From assembly GCF_009914755.1 (NCBI RefSeq), contig NC_060934.1: a DNA stretch of 64,000 nucleotides. The stretch is one strand, 5' to 3'. Below the pieces are notes generated by a model. That model searched no databases. It was not told where the DNA came from and saw only the letters and a list, made by a program, of their open reading frames with translations. The position numbers were made by a program, and so were the translations under genes. Numbering within the stretch: the first letter of the stretch is position 1; each line of letters opens with the position of its first letter. This stretch comes from the human T2T-CHM13v2.0 reference genome, Homo sapiens. This document shows, piece after piece, positions 45,707-62,423 of this stretch.

Positions 45707-47531
45707 CAGAAAAATATTTTTAAATGGAAAATAAGCACATGAAAAGATGCTCAACATTATTTGTCACTAGTGAAATGCAAGTTAAAACAACAATGATATA
45801 ATACTATGTATCTATTAGGATGGCTAAAATAAAAAAGGAACAATCCCAAATGCTGAGAAAGACACAGAGCAACAGTAACCCTCTTTAATTGCAGGTAGCT
45901 ATTTTAAATGGTACAGCCGCTTTGAAAGACAACTTAGCAGTTCCTTATAAAATTAGAAATACATTTGCCATACAACTTGGTGGTTCCACTCCCGGGGCTT
46001 ACCCAAATGAGCGGAAAACTTATGTTCACAGAAAAACCCATATACAAATGTTTATAACAGCTTTATTAATAATCACCAATAACTGGAAAAAGCCAAGATG
46101 TCCCTCAATAGGTGAATGAACAAATATATATATCTTCCAAATATGTGTGTGTGTATATATATATTTTTTTTCCATAAAATGGAATATATACATCAATTTT
46201 AAAAGAATGAGCTACTGAGTGGATACAGTGTATACAGATCTTGAATGCATTCTGTTAAATTTAATAATCCAGACCCAGAAGGCTATATACAATATGGTTC
46301 AATTTATATGACATCATGAAAAGGCAAAACTATAAAAATAAGAAACAGATCATGGCTACCAGGGGTTGAGGACGAATGGAAGGGTTGAATATAAAGGGGG
46401 AATACAAGGGAATTTTTAGGGTGATAGAATTATTCTGTATGGTACAGGGGTGTTGGATAGATGACTCAATGCACTTGTCAAAATCCAAAGAGGTATACAT
46501 CCCAAAAATGGACTTTGCTGCATGCAAATTTAATAACAAGTCAGCCAAGATAGGGAAATCCCAGGATAGAATGCAGAAAATGACAAATAAATCGAACCAT
46601 ATTACTAATATATGACATTACCTTACTGAAGGGGAAGGGATGGGGGAAAGGATCTGACTTAAGAAACTTTGGATAACTGTACTTTGACTGGACACCGTAA
46701 GGCTGAAGACAAAAGGAACCATACATCAGCACCCTTCTAGCTGGCAAATCTACCTCTCTCTAGAGTATGGGTTAGCAATTCTCAAACTACTCTACATGTA
46801 GGGTAGGGTTGAATAAATAAGTAAATCAACTGTAGATAATGGGAGGCAGGTTTCTCACCATAAGAGAAAGAAGTTACAGTCAGTTCTGCTACAACACAAC
46901 TTATGTGTTCTTAAAAATTATTATGCTGTGCAAAATTGTACAATAAAAACCATAGGTCTCATGGGAAAAATGAAGCTAGTAGCACAACATTTAAAAACTT
47001 ATTCAGTGAAAGATTAGAACAAAAATAGGAACCTAATTTTAAAATAGTACCATAGTTTTATATAAGAAATGATTAAGAAATGCATAATGCTACAATCAAT
47101 GTGGTATTTTAGTTTTAAAACACCTAAAGTTTGTGAACATAGGCATCATAAAGGCTACAGCTTTTGAGTTACTGCAAAGTGATGGAAGAAGGGTTATTTG
47201 AAATCCAATGGGAAAGTTGTAACAGCACATGTGGATGGGTGTGGCTCATTATCCTTGGTTTTGTGGTTGGATTCAAACATCACAGTACTTTCAAAGTCTT
47301 AAATCCTGAGGCATTTTTTTTTTCCCTGACTGATTTGCAGGTCCTTCAAGGAAGGCATTTGTAACAGATATCTGTTTCATCTAAGTTAGAATTTCAATCC
47401 AATAAATGGCCTTCTTCTTAATTAACTTCTGTGTCACTGTTGGACTTCTTTGCTACTTTCTCAGCTGTACTTGCCTTTCCCAGCTGGACTCTGGCTCTGC
47501 TGACAGCTGAAGGCTTTGGAAATTGTAGTAA

Positions 47532-47942
<411 letters not shown>

Positions 47943-48307
47943 TGAAAGTCTTCATATACAGTGCTTTCTTTCTGATTGTAGGAAAAAATGTTCCTGTTTG
48001 GTTTTCAATTCAAATGCTCAACAATCTTTCTATTTCTTCTAATTCTTCAGGCTGTGTTCCTATTGACTCTATAGCATTTGAAGTTAAGCCATCATAGATG
48101 TTTCTTTTGTTTTCACGGTATTGTTCTTCAAGGTCCTCAATGTGGATTCCTTTATGCTTGAAAGATGTTATGCTATTTTGTTTTTTGATAAACACTTCAT
48201 TATTTCAAGTTTCTCCTCAATACCTAAAGCTTTCTTTTTGCATTCACTGCTTAGCATTTTTGAACCACACATTTAGATGTGTTTGAGGTATATATATTTC
48301 TCACTGC

Positions 48308-48434
48308 TTCACAAATGTGAAAGAATAGCATTCTTATACAGATTCACAAATGTAAACAAATAGCACTCTTACACAGGTTCAAAAATGTAAAAGAATGGCA
48401 TTCTTTTACAGGTTCACAAATGTAAAAGAATAGC
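48308..48434. repeat. 35-bp minisatellite, about 3.6 copies, palindromic core
   Basis: Units start at 48308, 48343, 48378 and 48413; consensus near TTCACAAATGTAAAAGAATAGCATTCTTATACAGG. Confidence 0.9.
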
Positions 48435-48637
48435 AAAACATAACCTTATTGGATAATACATATGATGAACTAAGGTAGTTGTAGATGTTTGAGGCGTATG
48501 TGTGTCTGTGTGTGCGTTTTATGTATCCCAATTTGGCTTGATTTAGATGGATGCAATTTTCTCTGTTCATCTAGTGTTCCTCAAGGATGAAATCATACAA
48601 AAGAAATGTGAAATATGTACCATGCTCAAATTATTCC

Positions 48638-48943
48638 TTTTGTTTGTTTGTTTGTTTGAGACTGAGTCTCGCTCTGTCACCTAGACTGGAGTGCAGTGGT
48701 GCAATCTCGGCTGTCTGCAACCTCTGCCTCCTGGCTTCAAGCGATTTTCCAGACTCAGCCTCCTAAGTAGCTGGAACTACGGGCGTGTGCCACCACGCCC
48801 GGCTACTTTTTGTATTTTTAGTAGAGGCAGGGTTTTACTATGCTGGCCAGCCTGATCTTGAACTCCTGACCTTAGGTGATCTGCCTGCCTCAGCCTCCCA
48901 AAGTGTTGGGATTACAGGCGTGAGCCATCCATCGCACCTGGCC
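48638..48943 (-). mobile_element. AluS in Tigger
   Basis: TSD aaattattcctt. Confidence 0.94.
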
Positions 48944-49446
48944 AAATTATTCCTTAATATATCAGTTGCACTGGAATAAAACAAACATTGTATCAGAATT
49001 AACATAAGAAAGGAAGGCTAGAATGAACCCTATGGTGCTAGAGAGATATCAGTATGAACTCATGTTGATATTAATATATACAAATAGGTACATACATAAA
49101 GGTATATGTATATGCATGGGTTAATGTACATATACATAATTATATCCTAGTTTTGTCCACTGAGAAGGCCTAGAAACAGTGATAAACCACAAGCATGAGC
49201 ATAGCCAAAACCCAGATCTTGGTTTCTGAATACCATTCTCTAAGAGAAAGAATCAGGGCTCTTTTGAGAAATGGCTGATTCTAAGGCTGTGGCAGGAGGT
49301 CTACAAGATGAACCTAGAGCATCTTGTAGTGCCAGAAAAAGAAAAGAAGAAAAGATGGAGGGCATGTCAAAAGGACTCAGGAACCAACCTGAAAGAGCTC
49401 TCAACAGCTGCAGTTAGAAAAATTTGAGCAACAAAACAAATAACAA

Positions 49447-49864
<418 letters not shown>

Positions 49865-50784
49865 TTATTTTAGATTTCCAACTAATGTATGTAAATATAC
49901 CCCCGCAGGGGTTGGAGTATAACTCCCCTTTCCTTGAGTGTAGGCTGGATTCAGTCACTTGCTTCCAAAAATAAGAGATGGAAGAAGGAAAAATAGCAAC
50001 CTTACAGTGGCGAATCCTAGCAGACGGCACTTTAACTAAGTGATCAAGGTTAACATCAATAGTGGTAAGTCATATTTATTAACTTACATTGATATGATGC
50101 AATGAGAAATACACCTCTCTTCCGTGGTATTTTTCCTAAAACCCATAACCCCAGTCTAATAATAATAATAAAAAAAGAAAGACAAACACAACTTGATGGA
50201 CATTTTACAAAATACCTGCCCCATAATCTTCGAAACTGCTAAGACCACAGAAAACATGGGAAGACTAAAAAACTGTCACAGACCAGAAGGGACTAAGCAG
50301 ACATGATGACTACAATTGATGTAGTATTCTGGACTGGATCCTGGAACAGAAAAAGGGCATTAGTGAAAAAATGAGTAAAATCCAAATCAAGTCTCTAGTT
50401 TGGTTAAGAGTATTATACCAATGTTAATTTCTTAGTTTTGACAAATGTACTGTGGTTATGTACCCAGTGGGCTGGGTGAAGAGTATACAAGAATTCTAGG
50501 TATACTCTGTATTATTTTTGCAGCTTTTCTGTAAATCTAAAATTATTCCAGAATAAGAAGCTACACATCAACTGGCATCTACCATATTAACATAGTAAAA
50601 ATGAAAACCTGTAATATCATCTCAATAGATTTAGAAAAAAAGCATTTGAAAATATTCAATATCAATTCATGATGAAAACTAACAGCAAACTAGAAGTAGA
50701 AGGGAATCTACTCAATCTGATAAACGGTGTATGTGTATTTTTTTTTTTAAAAAAAAAAAAAGCAAAATATTTTTCTCCCCTTAA

Positions 50785-51107
<323 letters not shown>

Positions 51108-51419
51108 TGCACTCACCACTTTTATTGAACATCATACTGGACATCCTAGCCAGTACAGTAAGGAAGAAAAAGAAATAAAATGCATACAAACTAGGAAGGA
51201 AGTTAAATAGTCTTTATCCACAAGTGACATAATTATACATATAGAAAAACTACAGGAATTTTCAAAAAAGCTACTAAAATGAACAAATGGACTTACTAAA
51301 GTCACAGGATACAGATCATTATAAAAAATTACTTGTATGTCTATGAAATTGCAACTAATGACTAGAAACAAATTTTAAAAAAGATTCCATTTACATTAAC
51401 AGTTAAAAAACTAAAATAA

Positions 51420-51719
<300 letters not shown>

Positions 51720-51794
51720 TAAAAACATTTAAAAAAAAATAGCTTTAACACAAAAATTGTACAATATCTATATATTGAAAAAGAAAAGAAAACA

Positions 51795-52095
51795 GGCTGG
51801 GTGTGGTGGCTCCTGCTTGTAATCTCAGTGCTTTGGGAGGCCAAGGTGGGAAAACTGCTTGAGGCCAGAGGTTCAAGACCAGCCTGGGCAACACAGTGAG
51901 ACCCTGTCTCTACGAAAAGTAGCTGGTCATGTAGCACATGCCTGTAGTCCCAGCAACTTGGGAGCCTGAGGTGGGAGGACCACTTGAGGAGGTTAAGGTT
52001 ACAGTGAGCTATGATCATGCCACTGCACTCCACAGTGGGTGACAGAGTGAGCCCTTGTCTCAAAAAAAAAAAAAAGAGAAAAAGAAAAGGAAAAC
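51795..52095 (+). mobile_element. AluJ
   Basis: Diverged dimer with A-rich tail. Confidence 0.9.
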
Positions 52096-52441
52096 AAACA
52101 TTGCTGAGACATAAAAGAAGACACAAGTATTTAAAGAGATATACCATGCCCAGTATATTGGTATGGTATGGATTGGAAGACTTAATATGGTTCAAATGCC
52201 AAATTCATCTACAGACGTGATGTAATTTCAATCAAAATTCCAGCAGGCTTTTTTGTAGAAAATAAAAAATTGGTTCTAAAATGTATGGCAAGGCAACAGA
52301 TCTAGAATAACCAAAAAATCTTGAAACAAAAGAATAAACTTAGTTCATATATGCAAAAGGAATTGAAGACTTAAACTACAATCAAGACTGTCTGGAATTG
52401 GCATAAGAAAAGACTTACAGGTCAATAGAAAAATAGAGAGA

Positions 52442-52748
52442 AGTCCGGGCACGGTGGCTCATGCCTGTAATCCCAGCACTTTGGGAGGCCGAGGCAGGCA
52501 AATCACTTGAGGTCAGGAGTTGGAGACCAGCCTGGCCAACACGGTGAAACCCTGTCTCTAATAAAAATTAAAAAAAAAAAAAAATTAGCCAGGCATGGTG
52601 ACACGCGCCTGTAATCCCAGCTACTCAGGAGGCTGAGGCAGGAGAATCACTTGGAACCTGAGTGGCAGAGGTTGCAGTGAGCTGAGATGGTGTCACTGCC
52701 CTCCAGCCTGGGCAACAGAGCAAGACTCCGTCTCAAAAAAAAAAAAAA
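52442..52748 (+). mobile_element. AluS
   Basis: Full dimer, expanded middle A tract. Confidence 0.93.
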
Positions 52749-53325
52749 CCCCACACTTATAAAGTCATCTTATTTTCAATAAAAGTGCTAAAATAATGGG
52801 GAGAAGAAAGTCATTTCAACAAACAGAATGCCTGAATATTGATAAAGAAAAGAACAAACCTCAATTCCTACCTCCACCATATTAAAAAAAAAACTAATTC
52901 AAGAAAAATCATGGACCTAAATATACAGGAAAAAGATATGAAGTTTCTAGAAGAAAACACAAAACAGCATCTTCTCAACCTGAGGGAAGCAAAAGTTTCT
53001 TAGACAAGATACAAAAGCAACAAAATTTTACAAAATGATAAATTTGACTGTAAAAATTAAAAGTTTTGCTCGTGACATCATTTAAAAAATAAATACACTA
53101 TCCACAGACAGTGGAAAATATTTGCAAGACATATATCTAAAATACAACCAGTATCTAGGACATATAAAGAGCTTCTACTCAATAATAATACAACTCAGTA
53201 ATTAAAAAAAAACCCAATAAAAATGAGCAAAAGGTTCACAAAGGAAGATATATAAATGGCCAATATGCATTGAAAGGATAAACATCAGCAGTCATCAAGG
53301 AAATACAAGTAAAAACCACAATGAT

Positions 53326-53638
53326 GGCCAGGCGCGGTGGCTCACGCCTGTAATCCCAGCACTTTGGGAGGCCAAGGTGGGCGGATCACCTGAGCTCAGG
53401 AGTTCAAGACCAGCCTGGCCAACATGGTGAAACACCATCTCTACTAAAAATACAAAAATTAGCCGGGCGTTGTGGTACGTGCCTCCCTTCCTCCCTCCCT
53501 TCCTCCTTTCCTCCCTCCCTTCTTTCCCTACTGGGGAGGCTGAGGCAGGAGAATCACTTGAACCTGGAGGTAGAGGTTGCAGTGAGCAGAGATCATGCCA
53601 CTGCACTCCAGCCTGGCAACAAAGTGAGACTTCATCTC
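53326..53638 (+). mobile_element. AluS with internal pyrimidine tract and no poly(A) tail
   Basis: C/T-only run at 53482-53529 in the right arm; ends CATCTC without a tail. Confidence 0.92.
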
Positions 53639-54050
53639 GAAATTATAAAGACTGACAACACCATGTTGATAATGGTAAGATTAAATGAGAATTCTGATAC
53701 ATTCTTAGTGAAATGTAAAATGGTATATGCATGTTGGAAATTTTCATACCATAAAATTCATTCACAAAACTATAAGTGTATAATTCACTTTTAGTAAATT
53801 CATAGTGATGTGCAACCATCACCACAATCTAATTTTAGTGGCAGTTTGCTATAAAAATGTAATATGCATGTACCTTATGACATAGCAGTTTCACTCCTAT
53901 GTATTTGCCAGAGAAAAATGAAAATATTTTATCCATACAAGAACTTATAGACAAATATTCACAGTAATTTTAGTTATAATACCAAAAACTAGAAAAAGTA
54001 CAACGGTCTATCAACAAATTAATAGATAAACAAATGGAAGTATGTCCATC

Positions 54051-54397
54051 TGTGATGGTTAGTTTTAGTTTTATGTAGCAATTTGGCTGTGGTATAGGAC
54101 TTAGCTAGGGAATAGGACCCGGTTATTTAATCACTTTATTGCTGTGAAGATATTTTGTAAATGTGATTTACATCTATAATCAGTTAAAGTAAAGCGGATT
54201 ACCCTCCATAATGTGGGTAGAACCTCATCCAACCCAATAAGGCCTTAAGAGCAAAACCAGATCTCTCTGAGAATTTCTGCCACAACACTATATCATTAAT
54301 TCCTGCTTGAGTTTCCAACCTATTGGCCTGCCTTCTAGATCTTGGACTCCTGACTATATCTCTATATATAGTCTGCCTGAATCTCTAACGTGATACA
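54051..54397 (+). mobile_element. MLT2-type (ERVL) solo LTR
   Basis: TGTGATGGTTA...GATACA ends, GATTACCCTCCATAATGTGGG motif, exact 5-bp TSD CCATC. Confidence 0.8.
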
Positions 54398-54472
54398 CCA
54401 TCCAATAAAATACTAATCAAAAATAAAAGGAACAAACTACTTACACATACAACACTTTGAATGAATATTTTT

Positions 54473-56331
<1,859 letters not shown>

Positions 56332-56488
56332 CACTCTGAATGAATTTTTTTAAAAATTATGCTGAATGGAAGCGGCCTTACACAAGAGTACACGTTCCAT
56401 TTTATGAAATTCTAGAATAGACAAAACTAACCTATAGTAAAAGCATTTCTGAACAGAGTTGCCTCTGAAGGACTGGGTCAGGGATTGA

Positions 56489-56895
<407 letters not shown>

Positions 56896-58661
56896 TACAT
56901 GTAAATTTTACCTTAAAGAAAAAAAAGGATCATCAGCAAATATTGAACTATAGTTGAGCTACACATGCTGAAGTAGTTAGGTTAAAATATACTGAAGTCT
57001 TCAACTTGCTTTGAAATACATTTTTAAAATGAGATGGATTGATGGAGGAATACAGGAGTAGATGAATGCATATGTAATAAAACAGACAAAAATGTTAATT
57101 GTAGAATCCAATAGGAATATAGATGGTTATTCACTGTACAATTCTTTCAACTTTTCTGTATACTTGAAAACTTAATAAAATTTTGGGGAAAAAAACATAC
57201 AATTTACAATATCATCAAAAAATGCAAGACCTGGGACTCGGATGGAGCAAGATGGCAGAAGAGAAGACTCCACTGATAGTTGCCCCTTCAAGGACACCAA
57301 TTTAACAACTATCTACACACAAAAACACTTTCATAAGAACCAAAAATCAGGTGAGAACTCACAGGACCTGGTTTTAACTTCATATCACTAAAAGAGGCAC
57401 TGGAGAGGTAGGAAAAACAGTCTCGAATCACTAATGCCACCCCTCACCCATCCCCTGGCAGCAGAGGTGTGGTGCAGAGAGTGTTTCTGTGTCCCATGGA
57501 GAGGGATTGACCCAGTACTGCCTTATAGCAGGAAACAAATCAAACCAAACTCAGCTGATGCTCACCCATGGAGGGAGCATTAAAGCCAGCCCTGGGCAGA
57601 GGAGAATTGCCGATCCCAGTAGTACGAATTTGAGTTCCTGCAAGCTTCGCCACTGTGGGCTAAAGTGCTCTGGGACCCTACATAAACTTGAAAGGCAATC
57701 TAAGGACACAAAGGCAGCACCTCCTAAGTGAGTCCTAGTGCTGAACTGGGCCCAGAAATACTGAACTGGTGGTAGGGGTTGAGGGACACACAACCTACTG
57801 AGACACCAGCCAGGGCAGCTAAGGGAGTGTCAGCATCACCCTTCCCCTAACCCCAGGCTGCACATCTCAAGGCTCCAAGAGAGACCCCTTCCCACCGCTT
57901 GAGGAGAGGAGAGGAGAGGGAAAAGTGGGGAGAACTTTGTCTTGCATCTTGGATACCAGCTCAGCCACAGTAGGTTGTGGCTCCCATAAGAGTCATGAGG
58001 ACACCTTTCCAGGCCCTAGCTCCCAGATGACATTTCTAGACAAACCCTAGGCCAAAAGGGAACCTGCTGCCTTGAAGGAAAGGATGCAGTCCTAGCTGGA
58101 TCCATCACCTACTAACTGAAGAGCCCTTGGGCCTGAATAACCAGCAGCAATACCCAGATACTATGTCGAGGGCCTTGGGTGAGACTCTGAGATGTGCTGG
58201 CTTCAGATGAAACTCAGCACATTCCCAGGTGTGGTGGCTAAGGGTAAGACTCCTTCAACTTGAGAAAAGCAGAGGGAAAACTTAAGGGGACTGTGTCTTG
58301 CACCTTAGGTACCAGCTCAGCCACAGGGAGGTAGAGCACCAAGTAGGCTCCTGGGGTCCCTGATTCCAGGTCTTGGCTCTTAGATGGCATTACTGAACCT
58401 GACCTAGGTCACAGAGGAGCCCACTGCCTGAAAGTTTGAGTCCCAGGACAAGGATCATTCACCACAAGCTGACTGAAAAGCCCTTCAGCCTTAGGGAACA
58501 TTGACAGTAGTCTGGCAGTACTCCCTGTGGGCCTGTGGTGGTAGTGGTCACGGGATGAGGCTCCTCTGCCTTTGGAAAGGAGCAGAAAGAGTGGGAAGGA
58601 CTCAGTCTTGTGATTTCAGTACCAGCTCAGCCACAGTACAATAGAAATCCAGATAGACTTC

Positions 58662-58957
<296 letters not shown>

Positions 58958-59739
58958 AAATTCCAGATAGACTTCTAAGGCTTTTGACTCTAGTCCCCAG
59001 CTCCCAGATGGCATCTCTGGGCCTGCCCAGGGCTGGGGAGAACTCACCATCCTGAAGGAAAGGACAGAGGCCTGGCTGGCTTTGCCACCTGCTGATTGTA
59101 GAGACCCAGGGCCTTGAGTGAACATAGGTGGTAGCCAGGGAGTGGGTGTAGCAGACCTTGGGTGAGGAGCAGGCCTATGCTGACTTCTTTGACCCAGCAC
59201 AGTCCCAATGATGTTGGCTACAAGGGTGCTTGTGTCACTTCCCCTCCAGCTCCAGGTGGCTCAGAACAGAGAGAGACTCCATTTGTTTGGCAGAAAGTAA
59301 GGGAAGAAAACAAGAGTTTCTGCCTGTTAATCCAGAGAATTCTTCTGGACCTTGTCCAAGACCATTGATATAGTTTGGATCTGAATCCCCACCCAAATCT
59401 AATGTTCAGTTGGAATCCCCAACATTGGAGGGGGGGGCCTGGTGGGAGGTGACTGGCTCATGGGACTGGTTTCTCATGAATAGTTTAGCACCATCCCTTT
59501 GATGCTGTTCTTGGGACAGTGAGTTCTCGTGAGATCTGGTCATTTAAAAGAGTGTGGCACTTCCCTCTCACTTCTTGCTCCTGCTGTGGCCACATGAAGT
59601 GCCAGCTTCTCCTTCACTGCCCACTGAGGCCTCCCCAGAAGCTGAGCAGATACCAGCATCATGCTTCCTGTACAGCATGTGGAACCATGAGCCAAGCAAT
59701 CCTTTTTTTTTAAATAAATTACCCAGTCTCAGGCATTTC

Positions 59740-60035
<296 letters not shown>

Positions 60036-62069
60036 CAGGCATTTCTTTATAGCAATATGAAAACAGACTAATATAGGAAGTTGGTACCAAGAGGTGGGGC
60101 ATTGCTATAAAGACAACTGAAAATGTGGAAGCACCTTTGGAACTGGGTAATGTGCAGAGCTTGGAAGAGTTTGGAGGGCTCAGAAGAAGACAGGAAGATG
60201 AGGGAATGTTTGCAACTTCCTAGAGACTTGTTGAATGGTCGTGGCCAAATTGCTGATAGTGGTATTGACAGTGAAATCCAGGCTGAGGAGGCCTCAGATT
60301 AAAATGAGGAACTTACTGGGAACTGGAGCAAAGGTCATTTTTTGTTAGGCCTTAGCAAAGAACTTGGCTACATTGTGTCCCCGCCCTATGGATCTGTGGA
60401 ACTTTGAACTTGAGAGTGATGATTTGGGGTATATGGTGAAAGAAATTTCTAAGCAGAAAACTATTCAAGATGTAACCAGGCTGCTTCTAATAGCCTTTGT
60501 TCATATGTGTGAGAAAAGAAATGACCTAAAGTTGGAACTTATTTTAAAGGGGAAGCAGAGCATAAAAGTTTGGAAAATTTGCAGCCTGGCCATGTAGTAG
60601 TAAATAAAGGCCCACTTTCAGGGGAGGAATTCCTGCAGTCTGTAGAAATTTGTATAAGTAAAAAGGAGCCAAGTGCTAGCAGCCAAGACAATGGAAAAAA
60701 GGCCTCAAAGGCATTTCAGAGACCTTTGTGGCAGCCCCTCCCATCACAGGCACAGAGGCCTAGGATGACTGAATGATTTCCTGGGCCAGGCCCAGTGCTC
60801 CACTGCCCTGGCACAGCCTCAAAATATGGCTCCCTACATCCCGCTCTCCAGTTCCACCCATGGTTCAAAGGGGCCCAGGTACAACCTGGGCCACTTCTTT
60901 AGAGGGCCACTGCTTTAGACGGTGGAAGCTGCAAGCCTTGGCAGTTCCCACGTGGTGTTAAGCCTGCAGGTGCACAGAATGCAAAAGTTGAGGCTTGGGA
61001 GCCTCTGCCTAGATTTCAGAGGATGCAGGAAAAAGCCTGGGTATCTAAGCAGAAGCCTGCTGCAGGGGTGGAGCCCTCATGGAGAACCTCTACTAAGGCA
61101 ATGAAGAGGGGAAATGAGGGATTGGAATGCAGAGCCCCCACTGAGGCACTGCCTGATGGAGCGGTGAGAAGAGGACCACTGCCTTCCAGACCTCAGAATG
61201 GCAGACCCACCAGCAGCTTGCACACTCAATCTGGAAATATCCACCAGCACTCAATGCCAGCCCATGAGAGCAGCCACCAAGGCCAAAACTCTGCAAAGCC
61301 ACAGGGGCAGAGCTGCCCAAGGCCTTGGGAGTCCACCTCTTATATCAGTGTGCCCTGGATGTGGGACGTGGAGTCAAAGGAGATTATTTTGGATCTTTAA
61401 GACCTAATGACTGCCCTGCTGGGTTTCAGACTTGCATGGGGCCTGTGGCTCCTTTTTTATGGCCAATGCCTCCCTTTTGGAATGGGAATATTTACCTAAT
61501 GTATATACCTCCATTGTATCTTGGAAGAAACTAACTTGTTTCTGATTTTACAGGCTTATATGGGGAAGGGACTTCCCTTGTCTCAGAGGAGACTTTGGGC
61601 TTTTGACTTTTGAGTTAATGCTGGAATGAGTTATGACCTTGGGGATTGTTGAGAAGGCATGATGGTATTTTGCAATGTGAGAAGTACATGAGATTTGGGA
61701 AGGTCTGGGGCAGAATGATATGGTTTGGATCCATGTCCTCACCCAAATCTCATGTTCAATTGGAATGCTGAATGTTGGAGGTGGGGCCTGGTGGGAGGTG
61801 ATTGAATCATGGGGGCAGTTTCTCATGAAAGGTTTAGCACCATCCCCTTGATGCTGTCCTCAGGATAGTGAGTGCTCGTGAGCTCTGGTCATTTAAAAGT
61901 ATGTGGCACCTCCCTCCACCTTCTTGCTCCTGCTCCAGCCTTCTGAAGTGCTGGCTCCCCCATCGCTTTCTGCCATGATTGCAAGTTTCCTGAGGCCTCC
62001 CCAGAAACTGAGCAGATACCAGCATCATGCTTCCTGTATAGCCTGTGATACCATGAGCCAGTTAAACCT

Positions 62070-62423
62070 TTCTTTCTTTCTTTCTCTCTCTCTCTCTCCC
62101 TCCCTCCCTCTCTCTCTGTCTCTCTCTCTTTCTTTTTTTTTTTTTTGTGTCTTAGTCTGTTGCCAGGCTGGAGTGCAATGGTGTCATCTATCTTGGCTCA
62201 CTGCAACCTCCGCCTCCCAGGTTCAAGCTATTCTCCTGTCTCAGCCTCCCAAGTGTCTGGGCCTACAGGTGCATGCCATCACGCCCGGCTAATTTTTGTA
62301 TTTTTAGTAGAGACGGGGTTTCACCATGTTGGCCAGAATGGTCTTGATCTCTTGACCTCGTGATCTGCCCACCTTGGCCTCCCAAAGTGCTGGGATTACA
62401 GGCATAAGCCACCATGCCCGACC
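62070..62423 (-). mobile_element. AluS in the MST 3' LTR with (CT)n-expanded tail
   Basis: Pyrimidine microsatellite at about 62067-62146 followed by a reverse dimer. Confidence 0.9.

Noticed and set aside
48308-48434. CRISPR-like palindromic direct repeats
   Set aside because: Units are contiguous with no unique spacers, in a eukaryotic context with no cas genes; reported as a minisatellite.
60364-61534. ORF cluster in the MST internal region
   Set aside because: Broken remnants of the MaLR internal ORF across several frames; no intact protein.
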